Made by a program: the position numbers and the translations under genes. The notes under the pieces were generated by a model. The model had not been told where the DNA came from, did no database searches, and saw only the letters and a program-made list of their open reading frames with translations. A stretch of 64,000 bases of DNA, taken from an uncultured Bacteroidota bacterium (GTDB lineage: Bacteria > Bacteroidota > Bacteroidia > Bacteroidales > JAAUTT01). The stretch spans positions 263,592 through 327,591 of the forward strand of contig CAWJWO010000002.1 in NCBI GenBank assembly GCA_963846585.1, written 5' to 3'. Numbering within the stretch: the first letter of the stretch is position 1; the number at the start of each line of letters is the position of its first letter. This document shows positions 26,878 to 37,301 of this stretch, piece after piece.

Positions 26878-28042
26878 TCTCAACAGCATTTTTAACCCTA
26901 TCAAGAGCTTCTCTTAATACAGACTGAGGACATCCGATATTAATGCGCATAAAGCCATCGCCTCCGGGACCAAAATCGGTTCCCCTCGATAAGCCTGCTT
27001 TTGCTTTTTGTACAAAAAAATTATTTAGGTCTCCTGCCTTGTTTTTAAGATAATTACAATCAAGCCACACTAAATATGTCCCTTCCAAACGAATTACCTT
27101 AATATCCTTAATATATTCATCTATAAAGGATTTTACAAATATGTAATTGTTCTCAATGTATTCCAGCATTTGTCCAAGCCATTCTTCCCCTTTACTGTAT
27201 GCCGCCTCAAGTGCAATATTACCAAATATATTCCCACTGGTAAGATGCAAACTTTTAGGAATTTGTTCAAATCTTTTCCTCAATCCTGCATCGGATATAA
27301 TTGCAACCGAACTTGCCAGCCCTGCAACATTAAATGTCTTGCTTGGTGCCATGCTTGTAACCGTAATACTATCAAGTTCTTTTGAAATAGAAGCAAATGG
27401 AGTATGGATATTGCCTTTTATAATAATATCGGAATGTATTTCATCTGAAAAAACAACAAGGTTATGTTTTAAACATATATCTCCGAGGGCAATTAGTTCT
27501 TCCCGTTTCCATACCCTTCCAACCGGGTTATGCGGACTACATAGAATCAGAAGTTTTGCTTTATCATCTATAAGGGATTCAAGATTTTCCAGATCCATAT
27601 TATAATTGCCGTCCTGATATTTAAGCTGGTTATACAAAATAAGCCTGTTATGATCTTTTATAGCAGTAAAAAACGGAAAATAAACAGGTACCTGTATTAT
27701 GATTTTATCACCCGGATCAGTATATGCCAATACTGCAAAATTAATAGCTGATACAACTCCCGGCGTAAAGGAAATCCATTCAGGCTGAATTGTCCATCCG
27801 AAACGACGTTCCATCCAATTAACTACGGATTGATCATATCCTTCCGATTTTATTGAATACCCTAAAATTTCATGTTCAGCCCTTTTCCTGATAGCCTGCA
27901 TAATAAAATCAGGCGTCCTGAAATCCATGTCAGCTACCCAAAGTGGTAAAATATCATCAGTCCCAAAATATCTTAACCTGCCATCATGTTTAAGCGAATT
28001 TGTTCCTTTTCTATTTAAAATCTCGTCAAAATTGTATACCAT
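26870..28042 (-). CDS. PatB/MalY-family PLP-dependent C-S lyase (cystathionine beta-lyase-like aminotransferase class I/II)
   Basis: 390-aa ORF: RKGTNSLKHD, LPLWVADMDF, CSPHNPVGRVW, SMAPSKTFNVAGL (PLP lysine), MRINIGCP. Confidence 0.85.
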   Translation of the reverse strand: MVYNFDEILNRKGTNSLKHDGRLRYFGTDDILPLWVADMDFRTPDFIMQAIRKRAEHEILGYSIKSEGYDQSVVNWMERRFGWTIQPEWISFTPGVVSAINFAVLAYTDPGDKIIIQVPVYFPFFTAIKDHNRLILYNQLKYQDGNYNMDLENLESLIDDKAKLLILCSPHNPVGRVWKREELIALGDICLKHNLVVFSDEIHSDIIIKGNIHTPFASISKELDSITVTSMAPSKTFNVAGLASSVAIISDAGLRKRFEQIPKSLHLTSGNIFGNIALEAAYSKGEEWLGQMLEYIENNYIFVKSFIDEYIKDIKVIRLEGTYLVWLDCNYLKNKAGDLNNFFVQKAKAGLSRGTDFGPGGDGFMRINIGCPQSVLREALDRVKNAVERL

Positions 28043-28067
28043 ATTTTTTAATTTTTAACAAATGTAA

Positions 28068-28877
28068 TTGAAAAAAATGTTGCAGTTTTACCGGATGAAT
28101 TATGTGACCCCTAAAAAAAGCCTGGGACAGCATTTCCTGAAGGACCGGAATATTGCCCAAAAAATTGTGTCTGGCATACTGCCCGGTAACATAGCAACTG
28201 TTTTAGAAATCGGTCCCGGAATGGGTATACTTACAGGATTCCTCTTGGAAAACCCTGCCTATACTACCTATGCAGTTGAAATAGACCGTGAATCAATAAA
28301 TTATCTTTCTGCTAACTATCCGGAAATTACAAACAGGATAATTTCAGGAAATTTTCTGGACCTTGAACTTTCGGAAATTGTTCCAATCCCAATGATAATT
28401 ATTGGCAATTTCCCCTATAATATAGGATCTCAAATTTTTTTTAAAATATTGGATAACAAAAATATAGTTCAGCAAGTAGTATGTATGGTGCAGAAGGAAG
28501 TAGCTGAGCGCATTGCCTCAAGGCCATCCTCCAGGACCTATGGAATTTTAAGCGTGTTGCTGCAGGCGTTTTATAATATAGAATATCTTTTTACCGTGAA
28601 CGAACATGTTTTCTCTCCTCCCCCTAAAGTAAAATCAGCTGTTATAAGGCTTACAAGAAACAATACCAAAGAATTGGCATGTGATGAAAGGCTATTTTTT
28701 AAAGTAGTTAAAACTTCATTTAACCAGCGGCGAAAAACCATTCATAATTCCTTGAAAAGTATAGTGAAAGAACATCCCGAAAATGATATTTTCCGTAAAA
28801 GGCCAGAACAATTGAATGTTGCTGAATTTGTTACATTAACAAATATAGTTAATCAGTGCTTAGTGCATAGTGCTTAG
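28068..28877 (+). CDS. rsmA: 16S rRNA (adenine1518-N6/adenine1519-N6)-dimethyltransferase
   Basis: PKKSLGQHFL, LEIGPGMGILT, GNFPYNIGSQI, FNQRRK. The real start is probably an ATG at 28077 or 28095. The last six codons (CLVHSA) and the stop are encoded by the TAGTGC array. Confidence 0.9.
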   Translation: MKKMLQFYRMNYVTPKKSLGQHFLKDRNIAQKIVSGILPGNIATVLEIGPGMGILTGFLLENPAYTTYAVEIDRESINYLSANYPEITNRIISGNFLDLELSEIVPIPMIIIGNFPYNIGSQIFFKILDNKNIVQQVVCMVQKEVAERIASRPSSRTYGILSVLLQAFYNIEYLFTVNEHVFSPPPKVKSAVIRLTRNNTKELACDERLFFKVVKTSFNQRRKTIHNSLKSIVKEHPENDIFRKRPEQLNVAEFVTLTNIVNQCLVHSA

Positions 28878-29028
28878 TTGTTGGTTGTTAGTTGTTAGTT
28901 GTTAGTTGTTGGTTGTTAGTTTTTAGTTGTTGGTTGTTAGTTGTTAGGAAATTATACAACCTTTACAACCTTTACAACCTTTACAACCAATTTCAATTTT
29001 ATAAACCTTATAAACCAATTTTCAAATT
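28855..29028 (+). repeat. Four-module mosaic: TAGTGCW, (TTAGTTG)~10, (TACAACCTT)x3.7, (TTATAAACC)x2
   Basis: 28855-28877 agtgcttagtgcatagtgcttag. 28874-28947 ttagttgttggttgttagttgttagttgttagttgttggttgttagtttttagttgttggttgttagttgttag. 28955-28988 tacaaccttx3+tacaacc. 28999-29016 ttataaaccttataaacc. 29017-29028 aattttcaaatt. Confidence 0.9.
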
Positions 29029-29135
29029 ATCTCAATGAAATATTATAAAAGTTTGATTTAACGAAACAATTGTCATAAACTTTTATATTTTTGAAACTTT
29101 GTTTGAAAATTAAGTATAAAAAATATAACTTAAGA

Positions 29136-30044
29136 ATGAAACCAACATTATTAATACTGGCCGCAGGAATGGGAAGCCGTTATGGCAGCCTGAAACAGGT
29201 AGATCCTGTTGGACCATCGGGTGAAACTATATTGGAATATTCAGTTTACGATGCTATAAGGGCAGGTTTTGGAAAAGTTGTTTTCGTTATCAGAAAGGAC
29301 CTGGAAAAAGATTTTAAAGAAATATTTATTCTAAAATTACAAAAACATATAGATGTTAGTTATGTGTTTCAGGAATTAGATATGGTCCCAAAAGGTATTC
29401 CGATCCCTGTTGATAGAGTAAAGCCTTGGGGCACAGGACATGCAGTATTAGTTGCATCTTCAAAAATAAAAGAACCATTTGCTGCTATAAATGCTGATGA
29501 TTATTATGGTGTTGATGCTTACAAAAAGATGTCTGTTTACCTGTCGGGACTTGGCAATTCAGAATCAACCTATGCAATGGCCGGTTTTGACCTCAACAAT
29601 ACGCTTTCTGAACATGGATTAGTGTCCCGTGGCATTTGTGAAATTGATAAAAACTCCTTTTTAAAAACTGTAGCAGAACGGTCAAAAATTGGCCGTGATA
29701 ATAATGGTGTAGGTTATCAGGATGAAAACGGAAAGTTTGTTTATGTTGATGAAAAATCAATAGTTTCAATGAATTATTGGGGATTTACACCTATGTTTTT
29801 TTCGCAGCTTGAAGAACAATTTCATTCTTTTATTTCAGCAAACTTTAGTAATCTTAAAGCGGAAATCTTTCTGCCAATGGTCATTGACGATCTTATAAAA
29901 TCTAAGATTGCAAAAGTTAAGGTATTACATAGTTCCGATCTTTGGTGTGGAGTAACCTATAAAGAAGACAAGCCTCTGGTAGTAACTAAAATTAAAGATT
30001 TGGTCAATGCAGGGGTCTATCCGAAGAATCTTTGGCTGGAATAG
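29136..30044 (+). CDS. Sugar-phosphate nucleotidyltransferase family protein (NTP_transferase fold)
   Basis: N-terminal LILAAGMGSRYGSLKQ glycine-rich NTP loop, then KPWGTGHAV and INADDYYG. The track ORF starts at 29091, but the ATG at 29136 gives the conserved N-terminus. Confidence 0.7.
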   Translation: MKPTLLILAAGMGSRYGSLKQVDPVGPSGETILEYSVYDAIRAGFGKVVFVIRKDLEKDFKEIFILKLQKHIDVSYVFQELDMVPKGIPIPVDRVKPWGTGHAVLVASSKIKEPFAAINADDYYGVDAYKKMSVYLSGLGNSESTYAMAGFDLNNTLSEHGLVSRGICEIDKNSFLKTVAERSKIGRDNNGVGYQDENGKFVYVDEKSIVSMNYWGFTPMFFSQLEEQFHSFISANFSNLKAEIFLPMVIDDLIKSKIAKVKVLHSSDLWCGVTYKEDKPLVVTKIKDLVNAGVYPKNLWLE

Positions 30045-30186
30045 TGATGAGGTGATTAAGTGATTAAGTGATTGAGTGATTGAGTAATTAATATTATAAT
30101 TAAAATAAACCTTATAAACCTTATAAACCTTATAAACCTCATAAACGAATAAACTAATATACCTTATCAATTTACAATTTACAATT
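30044..30186. repeat. Mosaic: (GTGATTRA)x6 + (CTTATAAAC)n + (CAATTTA)x2.7
   Basis: 30044-30091 gtgatgaggtgattaagtgattaagtgattgagtgattgagtaattaa. 30105-30154 ataaaccttataaaccttataaaccttataaacctcataaacgaataaac. 30168-30186 caatttacaatttacaatt. Confidence 0.9.
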
Positions 30187-30191
30187 ATCCA

Positions 30192-31832
30192 ATGAGCAAT
30201 TTATCTTATTCAAACGGAATCAGTTCTATCCCTTTAAAGGGAGAAACAATTAGCGAATGTTTACGGAAGACAATTGAAAAATATGGTCATCGCGAAGGAT
30301 TAGTAGTCGTTTCACAGAATTACAGGGCAACCTACCTTGAGCTGTGGGAACAGATAGAGGAAGTTGCTAAAAGTTTATTAGCCTATGGCATTAAGAAGGG
30401 AGACAGGGTGGGGATATGGGCCCCAAACCGGTTTGAATGGGTATTGGTTCAATTTGCAACCGCTCGTATTGGAGCTATAATGGTTAACATTAATCCTGCC
30501 TATAAATCGTCGGATTTGAAATATGCCCTTGAACAAAGTAAAGTTAACCTTTTGATAACTGCACACTATTTCCGGAAAACCGATTATGTTGAAATATTAA
30601 ACCATATCAGGCCGGAATGCGAATATCCATATCGTACGATTATTCTTGAAAAAGATTGGGAAAAATTCATTCTGGCAGGTAAAAAAATATCTGAAATAGA
30701 GCTTTCAGAACGTGAAAATAATTTACAATTCGACGACCCTATTAACATTCAATATACTTCGGGAACAACAGGGTTCCCAAAAGGTGCAACCTTATCCCAT
30801 CATAACATTCTTAATAACGGGTTTTTTATAGGTGAACGAATGTTATTCAGCGAAAATGACAGGGTTTGTATTCCGGTGCCTTTTTATCATTGCTTTGGTA
30901 TGGTGTTGGGAAACATGGCATGTATAACACATGGTTCATGTATGGTAATTCCAGGTGAGTTTTTCGAACCTGAATCAGTGTTAAAAACTGTTGAAGATGA
31001 GAAATGTACGGCATTATACGGTGTCCCTACAATGTTTATTGCCGAACTTGAGAATCCCAATTTCAATAAATATATTTATTCCACACTCCGGACAGGTATT
31101 ATGGCAGGTTCCCCCTGTCCTATTGAAACAATGAAACAGGTAGTCAGCAAAATGCATATAAGCCAGGTAACAGTGTGTTATGGTATGACAGAAACTTCAC
31201 CCGTATCTACACAAAGTTTTGCCGATGATATTATTGATAAAAGAGTATCTACAGTTGGGAAAGTCCATCCCCATCTTGAAATAAAAATTATTGATCCTGA
31301 ATCAGGATATATAGTCCCGGTCGGACAGAGGGGTGAAATATGCACCCGCGGCTATTCAGTTATGATAGGTTATTGGGATATGCCTGAAGAAACTGCTAAT
31401 GTAATTGATCGGAACCGGTGGATGCATACCGGTGATTTAGGCGTTATGGACGAAGAAGGATATGTTAAAATTGTAGGACGTGCAAAGGATATCATTATTC
31501 GTGGCGGGGAAAATATTGCTCCCCGGGAAATTGAGGAATTTTTGATGACACATCAGGCCATATCCGATGTTCAGGTAATTGGTGTCCCTGACGCTAAATA
31601 CGGTGAGGAAGTAATGGCCTGGGTTCAACTGCGTTCAGGTTTTGAAGTTACATTTGAAGAACTTCACGAATATTGCAAAGGACAAATTGCCACCTATAAA
31701 ATACCAAAATACTGGAAGTATACTGATCAATTTCCAATGACCATAAGTGGCAAAGTAAGAAAAATAGAAATGCGTGAAATATCAATTAAAGAATTAGGGC
31801 TGCAGGATGCAGCAGATATCTTAACAGCTTGA
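30192..31832 (+). CDS. AMP-binding acyl-CoA synthetase (medium/long-chain fatty-acid--CoA ligase-like)
   Basis: 546-aa ORF: AMP motif [57 protein letters not shown]. Confidence 0.85.
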   Translation: MSNLSYSNGISSIPLKGETISECLRKTIEKYGHREGLVVVSQNYRATYLELWEQIEEVAKSLLAYGIKKGDRVGIWAPNRFEWVLVQFATARIGAIMVNINPAYKSSDLKYALEQSKVNLLITAHYFRKTDYVEILNHIRPECEYPYRTIILEKDWEKFILAGKKISEIELSERENNLQFDDPINIQYTSGTTGFPKGATLSHHNILNNGFFIGERMLFSENDRVCIPVPFYHCFGMVLGNMACITHGSCMVIPGEFFEPESVLKTVEDEKCTALYGVPTMFIAELENPNFNKYIYSTLRTGIMAGSPCPIETMKQVVSKMHISQVTVCYGMTETSPVSTQSFADDIIDKRVSTVGKVHPHLEIKIIDPESGYIVPVGQRGEICTRGYSVMIGYWDMPEETANVIDRNRWMHTGDLGVMDEEGYVKIVGRAKDIIIRGGENIAPREIEEFLMTHQAISDVQVIGVPDAKYGEEVMAWVQLRSGFEVTFEELHEYCKGQIATYKIPKYWKYTDQFPMTISGKVRKIEMREISIKELGLQDAADILTA

Positions 31833-31877
31833 TTTTTACTGATACTAACTAATTCCAGTTCTGATAAATTTAACCTT

Positions 31878-33590
31878 ATGAACAACAAGAATTGGAAAAT
31901 AAAATCTCCGGGCAGTATATCATCATTAGAACATTTAATAAATGTTTTAGGGGTTGACAGAACTATTGCAAATCTTCTTGTTAAAAGAGAAATTACTTCA
32001 TTTGAAGAAGCTAAAGCCTTTTTCAGGCCAGATTTATCGCTGTTACATGACCCGTTTTTAATGAAAGACATGGATACTGCGGTTAACCGGATTAGCCTGG
32101 CAATTGAAAATAATAGAAAAATACTTATTTACGGGGATTATGATGTCGATGGCACTACTTCAGTAGCAATGGTTTATTCATTCTTTAAAAAATTAACAAG
32201 GGAAATACTTTATTATATTCCAAACCGTAATTCGGAAGGTTATGGAATATCTTTTAAAGGAATCGAATATGCTGTTGAAAATAATGTAGACCTGATTATA
32301 TCTCTGGATTGTGGCATTAAAGCAATTGAAAAAGTAAGTTACGCGAAAAAAAACAATATAGACTTTATAATCTGCGATCATCACTATCCTGGCGACATCC
32401 TGCCTGATGCAATGGCTGTGCTTGATCCTAAACGCACTGACTGTTTATATCCCTACAAGGAGCTATCCGGTTGCGGAGTAGGATATAAATTATTACAGGC
32501 TTATTGTATAAGCAAACAAATATCTCTGGATGTACTGGAAAATTTTCTTGATTTGGTTGCTGTCAGTATCGCCTCTGATATAGTGCCCATAACCGGTGAA
32601 AACAGGATTTTAGCTTATTTCGGATTAATTCAGCTTACCAAATCCCCTTGTCCCGGATTAAAATCAATTATAAAAATTTCCGGTCTTGAAAGCAAAGAAA
32701 TTACCATTGATGATATTGTATACAAAATAGGGCCCAGGATCAATGCTGCAGGAAGAATTGAAAATGGCATAAAGGCAGTGGAATTATTGGTTTCAGATGA
32801 CGAAGAACACGCTTTTTCATTGGTTGGCAAAATCGATAATTATAATAATACACGAAAAAACATTGACAGTAATATTACCGCGGAAGCACTGAAAATAATA
32901 GTTAATGATCCAAATTTAAAGGAAAACAATTCCATTGTATTGTTCAACCCAAACTGGCACAAAGGTGTTATTGGTATTGTAGCATCGCGGTTAATTGAAT
33001 ATTATTACAGGCCTACAATTATACTTACTGAATCAAACGGCTTGGCGTCAGGTTCGGCACGTTCGGTGGAAGGTTTTGATCTTTACAGGGCTATTTCCGC
33101 GTGCAGTGACTTATTGGAAAATTTTGGCGGACACATGTTTGCAGCCGGGTTAACACTTAAGGTTGAAAATGTGCCTGCCTTTAAGGAAAGGTTTGAGAAA
33201 GTAGTGTCCTCCACAATTAAATGGGATCAGTTGGCTCCAACAATCGAAATTGATGATGAAATTGAATTAAAGGATATTACTTTAAAATTCTACCGTATTT
33301 TAAAACAATTCCAACCTTTTGGGCCGGGTAATTTGTCGCCGGTATTTCTTACAAAAAACGTATCAGATAATGGAAGTGCCAGGATTGTCGGAAATAATTC
33401 CGACCACCTGAAACTTGAACTTATACAGGAATCTGACCCTTTTCATAAATACCCGGCAATTGCATTTCAAATGTCAGAACATTTTAGCTATATCAAAAAC
33501 GGGAATCCTTTTGATATTTGCTATTCAATTGAAGAAAATGCATACAGGGGAAAAACCACACTTCAATTGCGGTTAAAAGACATAAAATAA
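31878..33590 (+). CDS. recJ: Single-stranded-DNA-specific exonuclease RecJ
   Basis: 570-aa ORF with DHH-family motifs: IYGDYDVDGTTS, SLDCGI, ICDHHYP, GGHMFAAG. Confidence 0.9.
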   Translation: MNNKNWKIKSPGSISSLEHLINVLGVDRTIANLLVKREITSFEEAKAFFRPDLSLLHDPFLMKDMDTAVNRISLAIENNRKILIYGDYDVDGTTSVAMVYSFFKKLTREILYYIPNRNSEGYGISFKGIEYAVENNVDLIISLDCGIKAIEKVSYAKKNNIDFIICDHHYPGDILPDAMAVLDPKRTDCLYPYKELSGCGVGYKLLQAYCISKQISLDVLENFLDLVAVSIASDIVPITGENRILAYFGLIQLTKSPCPGLKSIIKISGLESKEITIDDIVYKIGPRINAAGRIENGIKAVELLVSDDEEHAFSLVGKIDNYNNTRKNIDSNITAEALKIIVNDPNLKENNSIVLFNPNWHKGVIGIVASRLIEYYYRPTIILTESNGLASGSARSVEGFDLYRAISACSDLLENFGGHMFAAGLTLKVENVPAFKERFEKVVSSTIKWDQLAPTIEIDDEIELKDITLKFYRILKQFQPFGPGNLSPVFLTKNVSDNGSARIVGNNSDHLKLELIQESDPFHKYPAIAFQMSEHFSYIKNGNPFDICYSIEENAYRGKTTLQLRLKDIK

Positions 33591-33612
33591 TAATGTCTTC
33601 TTTTCTAATAAC

Positions 33613-34107
33613 TTAAGACATTTTCAGGTAAGTAATAAAGGAATATGGATACATATGCCTTTCATCCATAGGATGCTCCTCTGATTCTATAATTTTCCAA
33701 TTTTCAGGATCAATTTCAGGGAAAAAAGTATCTGCTTTAAAGGTCGAATGTACTTTAGTAATATATAGCTTCTGTGCAAGGGGGTAAAATTGTTTATATA
33801 CCGATGCTCCGCCACAAATAAAGTTTTCCTTCTGATCATCACATTTTAACATAACATCCTCGATAGAATAAGCCATTAAACAATTATCGATCTGTTCTCC
33901 GGGCCGGTCACTGATTACTATATTGACCCTTCCAGGCAGAGGCCGGAATGGCAATGAATAATATGTATTTTTACCCATAATAATAGTATGTCCGCCTGTA
34001 ATTCTTTTAAATCGTTTTAAGTCTTCCGGCAGATGCCAAAGTAGTTTGTTGTCCTTTCCTATTGCATTGTTTTCATCAATAGCTGCTATTATGGATATCC
34101 TTTTCAT
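33613..34107 (-). CDS. folA: Dihydrofolate reductase
   Basis: 164-aa ORF: ISIIAAIDENNAIGKDNKLLWHLPEDLKRFKRIT, GHTIIMGKNTY, GRVNIVIS, GGASVY. Confidence 0.9.
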   Translation of the reverse strand: MKRISIIAAIDENNAIGKDNKLLWHLPEDLKRFKRITGGHTIIMGKNTYYSLPFRPLPGRVNIVISDRPGEQIDNCLMAYSIEDVMLKCDDQKENFICGGASVYKQFYPLAQKLYITKVHSTFKADTFFPEIDPENWKIIESEEHPMDERHMYPYSFITYLKMS

Positions 34108-34396
34108 TATAAAATAGTGATTAGTGCTTAGTTGTTAGTTGCAAAAACAGAGCCAGGAGCCAAGAACCAGGAGCCAAGACTTTATGATGATTCTAGATTT
34201 AATATTTTAATAGTCTTTCTAAATTGTAAATCTTAAATCTCAAATCTGGAATCTCAAATCTTTTATCTTTTTTCTGTCTTCTGCCTTCTGTTTTCTGATT
34301 GCTGTCTTCTTTTCACGTCTCACGTCCCACGTCTCACGTCCCATATCTTGGTCTTGGTTCCTGGCTCTTGGCTCTTGGTTCCAACCTGAAATTACA
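34108..34396 (-). repeat. Composite mosaic repeat element, copy B (fills the thyA / folA spacer)
   Basis: The reverse complement reads ggaaccaagagccaagagccagg..., (GACGTGR)x4, gaaaagaagacag...cagaaggcagaagacagaaaaaagataaaagatttgagatt..., aagtcttggctcctggttcttggctcctggctctgtttttgcaactaacaactaagcactaatcacta, then the ATG of folA. This is collinear with copy A. Confidence 0.85.
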
Positions 34397-35191
34397 TTAA
34401 ATCGAAATCTCTCCTTTTATATGCGGATGCGGACTATAATTTTCAAGTATAAAATCATCGAATTTGAAATCAAAAATAGATTTTACTTCGGGATTCAGCT
34501 TAAGTTTTGGCAATGGCCTTGGATCCCTTGTTAACTGAAGGATAACCTGCTCAACATGATTAAGGTAAATATGAGCATCGCCTAAAGAGATAATAAGTTC
34601 CCCAGGCTGAAGATCTGTTACCCTTGCAACCATATGCAAAAGAAATGCATATGAAGCAATATTAAATGGTACCCCCAAAAACACATCAGCACTTCGTTGA
34701 TACATCTGACAAGATAATTTTCCGTCACCAACATAAAACTGGAACAGAATATGACAGGGTGGCAGTGCCATATTATCAAGTTCGCCGACATTCCATGCAC
34801 TTACAATATGCCTTCTCGAATCAGGATCTTTTTTAATTGATTCAATAACTTTCGAAATCTGGTCAATATGCTGTCCGTTAGCAGTTGGCCATGATCTCCA
34901 TTGGTGGCCATAGATTGGGCCAAGATTGCCGAGATCATCTGCCCATTCATCCCAAATTGTTATGCCATTTTCATTAAGATATCGGGTATTTGTAGATCCT
35001 TGCATAAACCATATCAATTCGTGTAAAATCGATTTTATATGCAACTTCTTAGTAGTAAGCAATGGGAAACCTTTGGATAAATCGAATCGCATCTGGTACC
35101 CAAAAATGCTGATAGTGCCTGTACCGGTCCTATCAGTCTTTTTTATCCCTCTGGCAAGTACATGGTCAAGTAAATCAAGGTATTGCTTCAT
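34397..35191 (-). CDS. thyA: Thymidylate synthase
   Basis: 264-aa ORF: [54 protein letters not shown]. Confidence 0.95.
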   Translation of the reverse strand: MKQYLDLLDHVLARGIKKTDRTGTGTISIFGYQMRFDLSKGFPLLTTKKLHIKSILHELIWFMQGSTNTRYLNENGITIWDEWADDLGNLGPIYGHQWRSWPTANGQHIDQISKVIESIKKDPDSRRHIVSAWNVGELDNMALPPCHILFQFYVGDGKLSCQMYQRSADVFLGVPFNIASYAFLLHMVARVTDLQPGELIISLGDAHIYLNHVEQVILQLTRDPRPLPKLKLNPEVKSIFDFKFDDFILENYSPHPHIKGEISI

Positions 35192-35246
35192 GTAGTAAAT
35201 TAGTTATTATTGTTCACTAAAATGTAAAATAAATAAAATTTTACGA

Positions 35247-35771
35247 CTAATTAAAGTGGTTATCTATTCTGATTACTCTAAGTACATTATTCCGAAAAAT
35301 AAAATACATCGAATTAATTGCCTTCCCTGAGGTTAAACGAATTGTATCCTCATTGCCAACAGGCAAATCCAAAAAACATTTTTGAAAATCCCTGCGGCAG
35401 ATACCAACTTTTATCCCATTACGCAATACTATCCTGGAATCATATATATTTCCGGCAATAAATAGCTCTCTTTCATAAGCTTTATATACAAATAATTCCG
35501 ATCTTTTTTTATAAAACCTGAAAATTGAATCTGTTTGAGTAGGGATAAGCCTGTTTTTAATTGTATAAACCTTCATTTTATAACACGGCCTTAAATAAAT
35601 ATTAAAATTTTTAACTGTTGGATCGTAATTAAAAGGGGAAAGTACGAGTTGAGCCATTTTGATGGGAAAATTGTCCGAAACAGGAACCATTTTCATATGG
35701 CAAGTCAGGCACCCAGGATATAAAAAACCGGATAAACATGCAATAAACAGTATTTTAAAGAATTTTATCAT
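35247..35771 (-). CDS. Hypothetical secreted protein
   Basis: 174-aa ORF with an N-terminal hydrophobic signal (ILFIACLSGFLYPGC). No family recognised. Confidence 0.45.
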   Translation of the reverse strand: MIKFFKILFIACLSGFLYPGCLTCHMKMVPVSDNFPIKMAQLVLSPFNYDPTVKNFNIYLRPCYKMKVYTIKNRLIPTQTDSIFRFYKKRSELFVYKAYERELFIAGNIYDSRIVLRNGIKVGICRRDFQKCFLDLPVGNEDTIRLTSGKAINSMYFIFRNNVLRVIRIDNHFN

Positions 35772-35934
35772 GCGAATATTTTTATTTATATTAACCAGGT
35801 TTTAAATTATTATTTTTATTCAATAAGGAACAAATATCATATATTACAATGAAAAAAATCAGGATGTTGCTAAATAAATATTAAAATGTTAAAAAAATAT
35901 CTGTAAAAAATTAATCTTTAACCTTTCAAAGTTT

Positions 35935-35942
35935 TATATTTG
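35935..35942 (+). promoter_or_regulatory. Possible Bacteroidota -7 promoter box (TAnnTTTG)
   Basis: tatatttg lies 18 nt upstream of the ATG at 35960. Motif match only. Confidence 0.2.
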
Positions 35943-35959
35943 AGAGAATTATTCTTGCA

Positions 35960-36538
35960 ATGAAGCACTCTGGATATTTACTTTTGTTTTTTTTTACCAG
36001 TTTTTGTTCAGGCTTAACCGCCCAGGATGTTACGATTAACGTTGATACTATAAAAAGTAGCTGTGATCAGGCTACATTCAAATTTACATTTACTATTACA
36101 CCTCTCCCTGCAAATATTACTTCCATCTTGTGGGATTTTGATAACGGCATTACTGTTAATGATAGTACTATTTCTCCAACAGTTCCATATGTTCATAGCG
36201 GAACCTATCATATTAAACTTTGGATTAACAAAACAGATTCTGCCGAAGCGACTATTAAAATTCCACCTTGTCTTTTTGTACCTAATGTTTTTACGCCAAA
36301 TGGAGGCAATGTAAACGATCAATTAATAATTACCTATCTTGGGGATGGTTTAATATCATTTAAGGTATTTACACGATCAGGGATTATGATTCTCAATACT
36401 GAAGGGAAAAATATCACCTGGGATGGCCGGCTGGAATCAGGCGTAATAGTTGATCCCGGAATATATTATTACATTATTGAAGGGGTAGGTTCGTCAATAC
36501 CTTTTTCAAAAAGAGGGTTTTTCTATGTTTTCTATTAA
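35960..36538 (+). CDS. PKD-domain protein with T9SS type-B (gliding-motility-associated C-terminal) sorting domain
   Basis: Signal peptide, PKD-like WDFDNG...GTYHIKL, and a C-terminal VPNVFTPNGGNVNDQLII...WDGR...PGIYYYII motif typical of the CHU_C / TIGR04131 sorting domain. Confidence 0.75.
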   Translation: MKHSGYLLLFFFTSFCSGLTAQDVTINVDTIKSSCDQATFKFTFTITPLPANITSILWDFDNGITVNDSTISPTVPYVHSGTYHIKLWINKTDSAEATIKIPPCLFVPNVFTPNGGNVNDQLIITYLGDGLISFKVFTRSGIMILNTEGKNITWDGRLESGVIVDPGIYYYIIEGVGSSIPFSKRGFFYVFY

Positions 36539-37269
36539 GAGAATGTAATTAACGATATAACAACATATAATATAAAAATTAACGGTACTGCTAAATACTG
36601 AAAAAAAACAATAAGCAGCAAGGATAATGTTATTAATATATACCTTGATATATTATCGCGAAACGAAACATTTTTAAATTTCATTGAAATCATTGGAAGT
36701 TCCGAAACAAGCAAAAATGAGAGTATAAGAATTAATGGAATTAAAAACCAAACATTTATAATTGTGCTACCAATAAAATTATTACTTCTCATTACCAAAG
36801 GTATCGAAGCAATTAAAAAAGCGTTAGCCGGAGTTGGTAATCCTATGAATGAGTTAACCTGTCTCTGATCGATGTTAAATTTTGCCAGCCTTAAGGCTGA
36901 AAATACGGTAATAATAAAAGCACTGCTTACTTGAATGTTTTCATTAATATTGCCAGTGTTGAATTGAAATCCGGGATTCGATTTTTTGACTGCCATTATT
37001 AACAATTGAAACATAATTGCTGATGGTGCCAAACCAAAACTTATCACATCGGCAAGGGAATCCAAAGATTTTCCAAATTCAGAATAAACTTTTAGCATCC
37101 GTGCCGTAAATCCATCCAAAAAATCAAATAATCCAGCCAGAAATATTAAAATTGATGCTATTAACAGATTATTGCCAAATGCACAAACTATTGCAAGAGA
37201 TCCGGATAATAAGTTTAATGATGTTATAAAGTTAGGTACCTGCCTGATTATCGATTGAATGGACTTCAT
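36535..37269 (-). CDS. pssA: CDP-diacylglycerol--serine O-phosphatidyltransferase (CDP-alcohol phosphatidyltransferase family)
   Basis: 244-aa polytopic ORF carrying the CDP-alcohol motif DFLDGFTARMLKVYSEFGKSLDSLADVISFG. Confidence 0.8.
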   Translation of the reverse strand: MKSIQSIIRQVPNFITSLNLLSGSLAIVCAFGNNLLIASILIFLAGLFDFLDGFTARMLKVYSEFGKSLDSLADVISFGLAPSAIMFQLLIMAVKKSNPGFQFNTGNINENIQVSSAFIITVFSALRLAKFNIDQRQVNSFIGLPTPANAFLIASIPLVMRSNNFIGSTIINVWFLIPLILILSFLLVSELPMISMKFKNVSFRDNISRYILITLSLLLIVFFQYLAVPLIFILYVVISLITFS

Positions 37270-37301
37270 AGAATAAAATTTGCCACAAAGTTAAACTATA
37301 A

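Noticed and set aside
27147-27605. Long antisense ORFs inside confident genes (for example 27147-27605, 31727-32071, 4706-5092, 5132-5428, 51830-52129, 36014-36322)
   Set aside because: Each is fully embedded antisense or out of frame in a gene with strong family motifs. They have no independent signal.
29925-30170. ORFs translating repeat arrays (29925-30170 YKVYKVYKVY; 43396-43581 VVKVVKVVK; 13829-14051 ORFs)
   Set aside because: Their periodic peptide sequences are simply translations of tandem DNA units in intergenic spacers. They have no start context and no domain.
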